In this document: piece after piece, positions 13,801 through 29,683 of the stretch | Layout of the letters: every line of letters starts with the position of its first letter | Position numbering within the stretch: the first letter of the stretch is position 1 | Assembly (NCBI GenBank): GCA_964057225.1 | Contig: OZ059894.1 | Span: forward strand, 15,996,001-16,060,000 | Direction of reading: 5' to 3' | Source: Auanema rhodensis | Lineage: Eukaryota; Animalia; Nematoda | Length of the DNA: 64,000 bases | Notes under the pieces: generated by a model | Databases searched by the model: none | The model's input: the letters and a program-made list of their open reading frames with translations, nothing else | What the model was told of the DNA's origin: nothing | Translations under genes and position numbers: made by a program

Positions 13801-16098
13801 GAATTATTTCAATTTTTTTAATACAAAAAATTATTATTTTTTGATATAAAAAAATTGAAATATTAATAGGTTTTTAACAAATTTTTTATTTTTGCGTGTG
13901 ATACTTAGCATGAATCTGCAGGCATGGCATTTCCTCACCAGCACCTTTCCATAATAGGACAATAGCTTTTCAATCAAACAAAAAGAAAATATTTGTAAAC
14001 AAAAATCGAAATATTACAAAAAAAAATTTTTTTTTAATTTTTGTTTGATTGAATAGATAGAAATCTTATTCATTCATCAATTACTTCACCTTAAAGAAGA
14101 ATATAATCAATAATTATTTTCATATTAAGGCCTTCATCTGGTCCTGGAAGAAGGAATTCAATGAGTATTCCTCCTGATGGTCGTGGTGTTGACTTCACCA
14201 AAGATTTTGAGCAACAAGATATGAAATACGATAGTACGGGAATGTTCCATTGGTGTCCTAGCCGCAATTTAGATGAATCAGTTTTGGTTTGTTACTTTGA
14301 AGCTTCTAATATACTTTCAATATTAAATATTATAGGAACGACATCAAGCTGCTATGACTGTTCTGAATGGCCATGTTGTTGTTTGTTTATTTGCTGATAG
14401 AGATTCTCCTCTTATTGGATTACGTAATTTTATAATGCCTCTCAGGTACTTTATAGAAATCACTTTAATAAATCTGTAAAACATATTACTTTCAGAGCTT
14501 CAAACTTTCATTATCATGAGCTTAAACATGTAGTCATCGTTGGAGATTTGGAATATTTACGTAAAGAGTGGAAGACATTATATAATCTGCCAAAGATCTC
14601 AATACTTAACGTAATTCTTATAAAGAATAAAAAATATTTATAGATAATCGTTACCTATTACAGGGGTCTCCTCTTTCACGTGCAGATCTTAGGGCAGTCA
14701 ATATAAATCTTTGTGATATGTGTGTTATCATCTCAGCTCGAGTTCCAAATACTGAAGATACAACATTAGCAGATAAAGAAGCTATTCTAGCTTCATTGAA
14801 TATCAAAGCTATGCAGGTAAAAACAATTAATTAATTATATATTGAAACATCTTTAATAGATTATATATGGTTAATATCAATTATATAATTCATATTTCAG
14901 TTTGATGATACTCTTGGATTTTATCCAATGAGGCCTGTAGATCCTAATGGTAGTCCATTAAATAGTCCGTCAGCAATAGCAATGCACCGTAAAGGTGCTC
15001 GCTTTGGTACAAATGTTCCTATGATCACAGAATTAGGTAAATAAAATATTTTACATATTATTAAATTATTATATGTTATAGTTAATGATTCCAATGTACA
15101 ATTTTTGGATCAAGACGATGATGATGATCCAGATACTGAGTTATATCTAACTCAACCATTTGCTTGTGGTACTGCATTTGCAATTTCGGTGCTTGATTCG
15201 TTAATGAGTACGGTATGTTATCAATACATTTCACATTTAACCGCTTAAATATACTGATTTTAGACATATTTCAACGATTCTGCTTTGACATTGATTAGAA
15301 CCCTTGTTACTGGTGGAGCTACACCTGAATTGGAATTAATTCTTGCTGAAGGTGCAGGCTTACGAGGCGGGTACAGCACACCGGAAACAATGGCAAATCG
15401 GGATCGATGTCGTATTGCCCAAATTGCTCTTCAGGATAATCCATATGATGGAATTGGTGTAAGTTCCGGGCTTTAAATAATCCTTATCTTACAAATATTG
15501 AATATTGTGAATATAATTAGAAGCAAAATGGCATGTTAATGCTATTCGGATATTGAGAAGTTTTTGTTGATCCTTCAGTTTTCTTGAATACTTTAAATAC
15601 TTTAAAAATTAAATAAATTGTTTAAAAACATATATTTTATAATAAATTTCAATATTTTTCAGCATAATTCAACATATGGCCAAATGTTTTCAACAGCTTT
15701 GAAAAAATATGGCCAGTTATGTATTGGTCTTTACAGGTAATTATCGTTATTTTTATTTTTTCAAAAAGAAATTAATGTTTTATAAATTCTTTGAAGTATG
15801 ATTAGAATGAAAGAAATTCTAAAAATATTATTCAGATTGCATGATCAAGACAATCCAGATTCTATGAAAAGATATGTTATAACAAATCCACCAGCTGAGC
15901 TTAGGATACGGCGCTCCGATTACGTAAGTAGTTTTTTTTCAAATTTTCAAATAATTAATTGTAAAAAAATAGCATAAAATGCCTATTAATATGAATTGAG
16001 AAAGATATAAATGAATTTTGTATTTCCAGGTATATGTATTGGAACAATTTGATCCGGGTCTCGAATATGAACCAGGAAAAAGGAACAATTACTATTAG
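2606..16098 (+). CDS. slo-1: Large-conductance Ca2+-activated K+ (BK) channel alpha subunit SLO-1, multi-exon
   Basis: Hand-spliced GT-AG exons: 2606-2616, 2976-3119, 5361-5481, 5527-5613, 5854-5972, 7839-7941, 7989-8100, 8164-8315, 8366-8465, 8546-8616, 8713-8804, 8898-9008, 9271-9376, 10253-10405, 10455-10610, [10763-10875 or 11124-11236], 11364-11427, 11472-11566, 11612-11688, 11742-11783, [12008-12046], 12751-12832, [13303-13368], 14130-14286, 14336-14445, 14496-14610, 14664-14816, 14901-15036, 15082-15212, 15264-15458, 15663-15736, 15836-15923, 16030-16098 (TAG). Protein starts [23 protein letters not shown]. It has S4 RFLRALRLM, pore TVGYGD, RCK1 HIVVCGH, calcium bowl DQDDDDDPD (15108-15134) and C-terminus [21 protein letters not shown]. 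Confidence 0.98.
4761..4850. repeat. (GA)n microsatellite in slo-1 intron 2
   Basis: Near-perfect GA dinucleotide run. Confidence 0.95.
7393..7456. repeat. Interrupted (GA)n tract in a slo-1 intron
   Basis: GA runs separated by a short purine-rich insert. Confidence 0.85.
10763..10875 (+). CDS. slo-1: slo-1 mutually exclusive RCK1 exon, copy 1 ([37 protein letters not shown])
   Basis: 113 nt, TTTCAG acceptor and GTAAGT donor, phase 0 in and phase 2 out; paralogous to 11124-11236. Confidence 0.93.
11124..11236 (+). CDS. slo-1: slo-1 mutually exclusive RCK1 exon, copy 2 ([37 protein letters not shown])
   Basis: 113 nt, CTTCAG acceptor and GTAAGA donor; same length and phases as copy 1. Confidence 0.93.
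12008..12046 (+). CDS. slo-1: slo-1 cassette microexon at site B ([13 protein letters not shown])
   Basis: 39 nt, frame-preserving (phase 1/1), TTGCAG acceptor and GTAAT donor; resembles the C. elegans site-B insert as I recall it. Confidence 0.8.
13303..13368 (+). CDS. slo-1: slo-1 cassette exon at site C ([23 protein letters not shown])
   Basis: 66 nt, frame-preserving (phase 2/2), TTTCAG acceptor and GTGAAT donor; similar to C. elegans [23 protein letters not shown] as recalled. Confidence 0.88.
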
Positions 16099-17163
16099 TC
16101 TTTGAATAATCTAAATTTTGTACAGATAATAATCAGATAATTTATTAAAAAAAGAGAGATTATACCCATATGAACAGGACCTCCACTTGTTATAAATAAC
16201 AGTTTATATGGAGAATCAAATTACTAATAAGATATATAATTAATTGTAATAATTAAAATAATATAAGAATTTTTGTTTTGTTTTCTAAAACAAATCATTT
16301 AATAAGTTTTGTTTTAGATGCTTTGAATTATGTTCCTTTTCCTCCAATCCCCTTCCCTCCATCCAACTTTCAAAATATGTATTTTTATTTGTTAAAATTG
16401 TATACAAAACAACTTTATACACTTATCCAAAATAATAGAGACCATTCAAAATTTTACATATTTTCTATATTGCCTCTCTAAGAAACATGAATTTCAAACA
16501 AAAAATTATTTTAGGACATGAATGTTTCTCAGTGTCGGTTTTATGTCATGATTAAGGGTATTCTGAACATTAAATATTTACCAAAAATTCAATCGAGAAG
16601 GAGAATATATACCAAAACTAATTCTCATATTAACTATATAAGACGGTTACAACAAATTTTCCAATTAATATAATATGTTTTTATTATTTTTTTCCGTTTC
16701 ATTATTTTTCTTTTATTTTTTCAGCTGCCCTTTCTTTTCTGTTCAGATTGTCATGATGTGTTTTGCCTTTTACTATGAATAAACTGCTCATACATCAATT
16801 ATTTTATTTGAAAAGATGCAACACATTGAAATACAATTACTATAATATGTGTAAATTAATGATAAATAAATACATTTATTAAAATATATTTAAATAAAAT
16901 ATAATTTAATTAATTAATTTTAATACAATAAATACTTAATGTATATGAGGTTTTACATTTATTTCTTTAATTTACTTGAATGAATAAGTCGGTTGATTTA
17001 GTTGTATATCTTCAAATTTCAGTGTTTTTAAGTTTTCAACTTAATATTTCGCCGATGAATTAGGCTAAGAAATTCAAACTAATCTAGATGAATTCAAGAC
17101 CGGTTAGTTATCGAGAATGACCATTTTTTAAAGCCTTGGTCACGCTTGTAAGCTTTGGTTCCA

Positions 17164-17252
17164 TGATAAGTGAAACGAAACTTGACTTTTTCTTTCAAGT
17201 ATTACAATGGCAGGAAAGTATAAAAGATTGAGAATAGCAATGTAATATCAGT
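17164..17252 (+). promoter_or_regulatory. Collagen core promoter: GATA site, TATA box and Inr
   Basis: TGATAA 17164-17169, TATAAAA 17219-17225 and TCAGT 17248-17252, about 30 nt after the TATA box, just before a short first exon. Confidence 0.7.
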
Positions 17253-17272
17253 CTACTCGAAGCAGCTCAATC

Positions 17273-18639
17273 AGTAAGTTTAAGCAACATTAGAAGAATG
17301 TGCATCTCATCTATACTATTCTTCAGTGTCTGCTTGGTTCTCCGTATCTACTTGCGGTGCTCTTATCAGCACTGTTGCTGTCCTCATTGCCATGGGATCC
17401 TTGGTATCCGACATCAACACCCTTTACAGTGAAGTCATGCATGAGATGGAAGACTTCAAAACCATCTCTGATGATGCTTGGGGAATGATCCTTCGCAAGA
17501 GCCCAGTCGGAAACAGCCAAGCTCGTGTTCTTTTCGGAAGAAACAAGAGATCTTATGAACAATGCAACTGTGGACAACAATCCCGTGGATGCCCAGCCGG
17601 ACGTCCAGGTCCTCCAGGACAACCAGGAGAGGACGGACACCCAGGAGAGGACGGAACCCGTGGACAACCTGGACACCCAGGAAACGCCCTCGTCTTCAGC
17701 AAGGACGGAGGAATGGGATGTATCAAGGTATTACCCTTAAAGTTATTATAAATCACCATACTACTTGTAGTGCCCAGCCGGACCCCCAGGAGCCCCAGGA
17801 GCCGCTGGACCACAAGGACCAGCTGGACGTCCAGGACAAGACGGAAGACAAGGACCAGCCGGAAACCCAGGACGTGACGGAGCCCCAGGACAACCAGGAG
17901 AGCCAGGACGTGACGGACTTCCAGGACGCAACGGAGCCCCAGGAGAGCCAGGACGTGACGGAGTTGCGTATGTGTATCACATCTTTTACCTATATGAAAG
18001 AACTGTGTTTCAGTCACACCCCAGGAGCCCCAGGACGTGATGGAGCCCCAGGAGAGCGCGGACAACAAGGACCAGCCGGACAAAACGGAGCTGACGGAAA
18101 GCCAGGATTCCCAGGACGTCAAGGACCAGCTGGACGCCCAGGAGCCGACGGACTCCCAGGATCCAACGGACAACCAGGAGGACCAGGACGTGACGGAGCA
18201 CCAGGATCCGATGCCGGGTAAGCGAAAATTAATATTTAAAACATTGTTTGATCAGAAACCACATACTTGACTGAAACAGAAGTTTCACACTTCCTAACCT
18301 AAGCGAAACCTGACCTATTCTATATGAAAAAAAGGTTTAGGTCATGACTTTTCCCATCGCCGAATTTCATTCAACCCCTTTACATTATCAACAATTTTCT
18401 TTTTTTCTCACTATAATAGAATAGACGCTCTGTTCCTGAACAATCATGCAGCCGTAATGTCTGTGATAAAATATCATCCCATATATGATTCGATGAAGAC
18501 TGTAAAAAATCATTTCAGATACTGTCCATGCCCAGCTCGCAACAGCAACTACCGCTTCGGAAACAACAACGATGATGAATTTGTCTCCAACAACAACAAC
18601 AACAACAACTACGGAGATAACTACTGGAGAATGCATTAA
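17273..18639 (+). CDS. Nematode cuticle collagen (Col_cuticle_N domain plus Gly-X-Y repeats)
   Basis: Exons 17273 (A of ATG), 17327-17727, 17771-17967, 18014-18217, 18519-18639 (TAA). N-terminal hydrophobic anchor, RNKR subtilisin/furin-type site, QCNC..CPAG, CIKCPAG and YCPCPAR cysteine blocks, interrupted GXY repeats with GGA/CCA codon bias; AATAAA at ~18668. Confidence 0.96.
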
Positions 18640-19149
18640 ACAGTTTTTCATCCAGAAGCGAAACCGAAATAAACATTTTCTAGATTCAATGTTCATTCTT
18701 AAGTTTTATCGAATTGACAAACGAATAATATGAAAAAGCTATTTAACTATAATCATTCCGTAAACCAATATATACAAGGTATGAAACAGAGAAGCATACT
18801 AAACTGTATATATTTGCATAAATTGGTAAAAATAATATTATCCAAAATTGAAATACAAAATTCATAGAAAAAAACAAATTATATTCATTTGAAAAATTCT
18901 TTATAATTATTAATTTATATAAAGAAAAAAATGTATACAGTATAACAACAATAATAAAATTTCCTTTACAATTGCTAACACGTTATGAATGACGTTTACT
19001 ATGCACGGTGTTTACAAATCTTGGCTATCTGCCAGGAATTTTTGGCCAACGTGTTCCATTTCTTAATTAAGTTTAAGTTCCTGGAATTTGACCATTATTT
19101 TCATTTTTGACAGTATGTTTTCTTTATTAATTTTATGTTTTAAGCCCAA

Positions 19150-23173
<4,024 letters not shown>

Positions 23174-23423
23174 GAAGTATACTACATAGCAAATTAAGAA
23201 TGATCCGCAATTAAAACTAGTTTGTCTAGATATTTATATAGCCCTAACTTTCATTCCGAGTGTAAGTACTATTATTGTAAGATTATTATCATTTAATTAA
23301 TTGGGGATGAGTTTTGGGCGAATCTAATGTGATATTTCCGAAAAAAATTGTTTTGGTGGGCGGTAGATTTTTGCTTTTTTTGTGTCGTTTGTTGGTTTCA
23401 CCAAATTTCTAAATTATTGAGAA

Positions 23424-23452
23424 AATAAATTATTTGATTTAATGAATTTATT
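23424..23452. terminator. Opposed poly(A) signals of the convergent genes sec-23 and ncx
   Basis: AATAAA on + at 23424-23429 and AATAAA on - at 23452-23447, within the 380-nt gap between the two stop codons. Confidence 0.5.
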
Positions 23453-23553
23453 ATGCTATAGCGGATACCGGTTATATTAGTTAATAGGATCACTCATTTC
23501 TTTTTCAAAAAAATTCTGGAGATGGCAATGAATAATGTTATGACATAAAAGGC

Positions 23554-26500
23554 TTAGAAGCCTGGGATCACACAATATGCTTCAAGAATACTGAATAGTA
23601 GGTATCCAACCCAAATGAGTAAAAATGCACCAGTTGCTATGAGCTTTGTCTTTGTTGGACCACCGAGTTCAGAACCGATATTCTTGTTGAATCTGTAAGG
23701 TGAATTTTGATATTCTCCTTTGAGGAAAATAAAGTTATACCTTCGGAATTGAAGTATACTAATAGCAATGATTGAACCAATGATGAAGAGAGTAACAGAA
23801 AAAGCCAATGAACCGGCATTGACCCTGCAAATGTCACAATTGAAAAGGTTTTGACAGAGGTTTAGCTGTGAAATATTAGTATTACATATGACGTCAAATG
23901 TCTAAAAACGTTTGCACTTGAATATTTCTTTCTCTCGCAAACAGGAAATATAGGATGATCTTATATAGATTAATCATGAATCAAAATAAGTTTCGTTCAT
24001 TTTAAGTAGGCATTATTAGCTTATTTACAACAATATAGCATTATCTTGTGTTTTGTTTAATCGAAAATATTGGAAAATCATACATGAATTTGGTTCCTCT
24101 CCAAGCATGAACACAAGCCGCAATAGCCCACGCAATTCCGATGCCAAGAAAGACGTTAACAGCATTAGAGCCAGTGACATTTCCAATTGAACTATCAGCC
24201 CATTTATCTTGAACAGCAGCTGTTTTTGAAGCGAATGTATCTGAAGATAGCAAAGATAAGATAATATACTTCTTCAATAATATTCATTCATTTCATACTT
24301 ACCTGGAATGCTGGTTCCCATGGCAACCAGAGATATAGCTGTTACTGTATCTTTCATTCCTACAGTACAACCGAAATGACTAGCAAGATCTCCAATAACA
24401 GCAGTAAGTAATCCAATCATGAAGATAGCAACACAGAAGCAGAACCATCCTAAAGATTTTATTCTCATTAAGATTTTAATCTTATAGTTATGCCATTATA
24501 ATAATCGGTTGGCGGAATGAAAGCAAATAGGATTTTCCAAGGAAGAGAAATGTAATGCATGATTTTGCCTTGCGTACTAACTGTACCATCTTCGTCATCT
24601 AAAGCTTAACATATTATCTACAGCTTGCTTATAATGATGTAACCTGATTCAGCATAGAGTGCTTCTTGGAATTGTTGTTTCCAACTGCTTGTACCAACCA
24701 TAATAGATGTATTAGCATTTGTGAGCATCCGGTCAACAAAATTCTAAGTAAATAAAATGAAAATTAAATTTAGAATTAAAAAAATTGGAATTACTTTGAA
24801 TTCTTTATCCTCAGTAATGACAACCTTGCATCTTGACATGGCTAATAGTGGTCGACCATCATCTCCTTCAGCCTGTAATCTCATTAATGCATGCAAAATA
24901 TAGTTTACGTGAATAATTATAATAAATTATATTCTTAACGTACAACGTCTTGTTTATGCCATGTAGGTTCACCTAATTCAATATAAAATTCTTCACTTTT
25001 TTCATATTCATCATCATTTACGATTGGAACTTCAATTATTGCTCTGAAAAATATAATTTTTACTTTTAAATATTTTTGTTCAAGTCATGTTGATATCAAC
25101 CGTGTTCTAAAAATAGAAAATAAAAATAAACTGAGATCACGTGAAATATCCACGTGAGTTGGCACCTCAATTTCGTGAATCTCGAATCGGTCAAGCGATC
25201 AGAACAACGGAATTCAATATTGTAACAACTTACTTCGTTTGCTCGTCGACAAAAACTAGATTTCCTTCTGTGTGTTCATAATCCTCTTCCGGTTTAGCTG
25301 AACCTGCAACCGTTTTATATGGAATGGTCACTTCTCCACGAGCTCCACGGCTACGAAGAACCTGAAGAACAAGATTTGAAATGCTTCAACCTAATCCCTG
25401 ATTGTTACTTCCACTGAAAAGACTCCAGCACTTTCCACGACTTTAAACTTTTCGCTTGAGAAACCAAAAGCACCTTAAAGATAGTATTGAAAAATAGCTT
25501 AAAAACATTTTTGAACAAACCGGCATGATCATCATCTACAATCAATACAGTAGCAGTTGAAGCACTACCAAGACGACAAGGTACAGGAGAGAAATGAGTT
25601 ACATTATGAGCTCGAACTTGGGATAATCGAATAAGAAATTGTTCATCATCTTCATAAATATCATTATCCACAATATCAACTTTGATTTCTTTTCTAAATC
25701 ATAAATGAAATATAATTATATTTCAAATTAACAAACGTTGTTTCATTTGGACCGAAAGTCAATGTTCCTTCAGTTGGAACAAAATCAGTGTGTTCTTCAG
25801 CTGTATCAGCAACAGTTCTAAAAATTAATTTTTTGTTATAAAAACTTTAATTATAATTAATAAACCTATAATGAACAGAAACTTGACTATTTTGATCAGC
25901 ACATCCACGATCACAACGAACAGTCACTTTCAATGTTCCTATATTTTCCAGACACATATAGTGAGCAGGGTCAAATCTGAATGATAATTATGAATTGATT
26001 TATCCGTTTTTTTTTGTTATTTTTCAGCAAACAAAAAAACGTAAAAAGAATAAATTTTGTTAGAAAATATAATAAATATTTTCTTTTTCTTGATATAAGT
26101 TTTTAAAATCTTACTGAACAACAACCATATTTTGCTTTTGTATTAGAGGTTCTACTAGTTCATTGGCTTTTTGTTGTAATTTCTTCTTTGTTATATCTCC
26201 TGATCCAACTAACTTTCTTGTTGCCTAAATGATTTAATAAATTTCAAAAAGAAAAATAAAAGAAAATCAAATTACCTGAACCCTGTAGAAAGCTCTACTT
26301 TTCTTTTTATCACTGACAACTTTTTGTGTAGCTAATTTCTCCAACTCTTCAACTGGAGCATCAGGATGTTGTATTCTGAATGCATAAGAAAAATTATTTG
26401 TAAAACTTTAATCAACAATTTACCTGAATTCTTTGAATATCTCCAAATATTTTCTTCGATGCTCTTCAAATGCAATGGCATCAGGATCTCCTTGAAGATT

Positions 26501-27877
26501 AAGTAGAGATACTCTGAAAAGAAACATATTTTAAATATTTAAACTAGATTGTTACCTATGTTCTTCCTTTTCACCATTTTCTAAGGTTCTCAAGCCTTCT
26601 CGTTTGTTTGGTGTTGTTGTAGATGATCTTCTGGTGGAACGACGACCCAAGAATGTTAGTAAAGGACCAGAGAAAAATCTAAAAAAAACAATTAATAATT
26701 AAAATTAAATTAAAATAATAAAAACTAAAATATAAAACATACCTTTGTCCATAATTTCCTGAATACTGATCAGCTGCATATGCTGAGAGTACTGTGAGTG
26801 GGAAAAATAAAAATGTTATTAATCCTTCCCAAACCTTCAAATAATAATTAAAAATATTTGTGAAAAAAAGAAAGAAAATTTATATGATATTACCTCTACT
26901 TCATTTGGTGAAAAGAATGATAAAATGAGATAAAGCCATACATATGCAAAGATAGACCAGAGGAAGGTAACCCAGAATACTTTGTTGTTCTGAACACGTC
27001 TCCCTTCCCCATTTGGAATGGACTAAACAAAATAAGAAAATTTAAATAAAACAAAATAATTTCATATAAGATTCTTGAATTAGAGAAAAAACCTACAAAT
27101 ATGCAAACAGCTATAATTACAAACAAATTAAATGCAGCCGAACCAACAATTGTGCTTGGTCCAAGATCTCCTGAAAAAAAAATTAATTGGAAAGGAGGGA
27201 ACAAGTTAAATTTACGAACCTGCTTGAAAGTCGTTTCCGAAAATTTCGATAACCGAAAGTAGAATTTCCGGAGCAGATGAACCTGTAAACAAGACGTTAG
27301 GAAGAAATACTACTTTAATTAGTTTTTTGTGAGAGTGTGTGTGTGTGTATGTTCAAATAGAAATAACCTAAAGCCATGAGTGTCAGATTACTAACAGTCT
27401 CATTCCAAACACGAATCAATATCGTATATGGCTCTCCTGTAATTTTTTTCATTTTAACTTCCCGTTCCTGAGAAGTTATAACTTCAATAGCTGCCATGAA
27501 TCTGAATAAATATTATGATGTAACTACTTCAATTATCACAGTTTACCGATCAGCAACTATTGAAACTCCAAAGAACATATAAACAAGGGCTATTAGATAG
27601 ATGATTGCCCGAAAAAGTATTCTACACTCAGTCAAATTTGTCTAGAATGACACAAAATAATAAATATTTAACACATATATGCATTTATAAAAGTTTTGAT
27701 TTGAAGTACAATATACATTATTCAACAACTTACTGATGGTTGCCAAACAGGTAGAAGAACTCCTGGGGCACATGGTTTACTAGCTAAACAAGTTTCATCA
27801 CTTGATTCTATATCAGTTTTTTGACATTCTATGAGCAATAAGCTTAAGAAGAGAATGCACAAAGTTCTGGTTAGCAT
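23554..27877 (-). CDS. ncx-1: Na+/Ca2+ exchanger (SLC8/NCX family), probably NCX-1, multi-exon
   Basis: Starts [20 protein letters not shown] (signal peptide) then [15 protein letters not shown]. Alpha-1 repeat [24 protein letters not shown] and [15 protein letters not shown]; two Calx-beta domains ([13 protein letters not shown]; [13 protein letters not shown]); alpha-2 repeat GTSIPDTFASK and [18 protein letters not shown]; ends [12 protein letters not shown]. The family is certain. The ncx-1 paralog call rests on recalled similarity and on adjacency to sec-23. Confidence 0.9.
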
Positions 27878-29502
27878 TATCTTCTATCGGCTCATTTCAA
27901 GAATTCGACAACCAGTTCAACTAAAAGAAAAATAATTTTATAAAAAATAAATAAATATCTATAAACTATAATATAATATTTATAAAACGAACGTGAGAAA
28001 AAATCATAAAATATACAAAGTATATAGAGATGACCAGACGATTATTGGAGCAATTTTTGAAAAAAAAACAGAAAAAACTTGGAAGATTGACAAGGAACAG
28101 CAAAAATCTCGATCACTGTCTCACGCTCAAGATGATGATAGATGACTGATAATGATGAAGCTAAGAAAGAAAGAAAGGTTCATATATAAATGTTTTTAGG
28201 CTGTGGAATGCTCTGCTCATTCCTCCAAACACTACGGAAAAAACTTATTTTTAAATACTATATATAGTTTAAAAATCTAATTTAGTTGTAATATATATAA
28301 CTATATGTATACATATAGTTAGATACGTAAAAATATAATTTTTAGTTTACTGGAGCAGTCATTTCAGGAGGCAATTTTTGGACTAAAAACCACGACAACC
28401 TGATGACAAGAAGAAAGAGAGCCGTTACCCAGACAAGGTATAAAATATTTTAAATGAATATATAGAGAGAAAGAGAGAGAAATGTAAAATTGAAATCTCA
28501 AAATGGCTTGAGATCTAAGTTTCATTTTGGTATTGGCTTAAAACCAAAATAGAAGACGTGCATGAATGAGTCTTTACAAAGAAAAGAGAAAGGCAAACTC
28601 AATTTTCTGCTTTAGTCTCCTCACTATCTGAATTTAGAACTGAATGAAACATTTTAAAAGGATTCTAACTAAAGATATAACATTCACCATCCTTTTTATT
28701 ATCATTATTATTATTATTTTACAAATAAATTATATATTTAAATATATTTTGTAATGATTTGATCATCATCATTCTCTTTGAGAAGTTTGTTGTTACACAT
28801 ATTACAAGAAAAAACAAAATTTGTAAAATAATAATAAAATGAATAATATAATTAATTTTTTAAATACTATTTCTCAGAATATATTAATTTATATAGATAA
28901 ACATCAAATTTATTTGATATTTTAAGAATAATAATAGTTATTTTCTTTAAAATAATAATAAAATTTATTTATTTTTTGTTTTAAAAGAGCTTAAACCTTA
29001 GTTTTCCCTTCTTAAGAAGTTCATATGTTATGATGTAAGGTGTAATTTAGAATATCTTGAACTCTCTTACTTCCTGCTATTACTATTATTTGAAATATTT
29101 ATAAAAAATTATTTTTTTTTTAAAACAACTCTTAAAATCAGAGAAAGAAAGATTAAAGTTTAAGAACAAAGTTTTAAGAAAAAAATACTTGAAATCAGGA
29201 AATGGTCAGATTTCTTCTAAATGAATTCATGTGCAAACGCTTTAGATTAAGAACGGAAGTGCAAGTAGGAAAATAATGTTTTTTTTTCTGAACTTCATAT
29301 ATGTCATTTCAACATTTCAACTCAAAAAAACTTCAATAACGCTCACTTTTCTTCAAAAGTTCTTTACTTTGATGGAAATAGTGATGATCAATGTGTGTTT
29401 CACATGTGGAAATGGAAGAAGATGAAAGAGAGAAACAAGCAAGGTGTGGTTTGGAATAGAAGAAAGCTGTAAACGATATATTTGAAACGAATTAAACCGA
29501 GC

Positions 29503-29544
29503 GAGAAAGACAGAGAGAAAGAGGGAGAGTGAGTGAGAGAAAGA

Positions 29545-29576
<32 letters not shown>

Positions 29577-29577
29577 A

Positions 29578-29626
<49 letters not shown>

Positions 29627-29683
29627 GAGAGATAGTGTGAGAGTGAGAGAAAGATAGAGAGAAAGAAAAAGAGAGAAGGGAAG
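29503..29683. repeat. Long degenerate (GA)n/GAAA polypurine tract
   Basis: About 180 nt of almost pure purine GA repeats upstream of ncx. Confidence 0.95.

Noticed and set aside
17323-18270. Several long overlapping ORFs in other frames and on the minus strand of the collagen
   Set aside because: These are shadow ORFs caused by repetitive, GC-rich Gly-X-Y codons.
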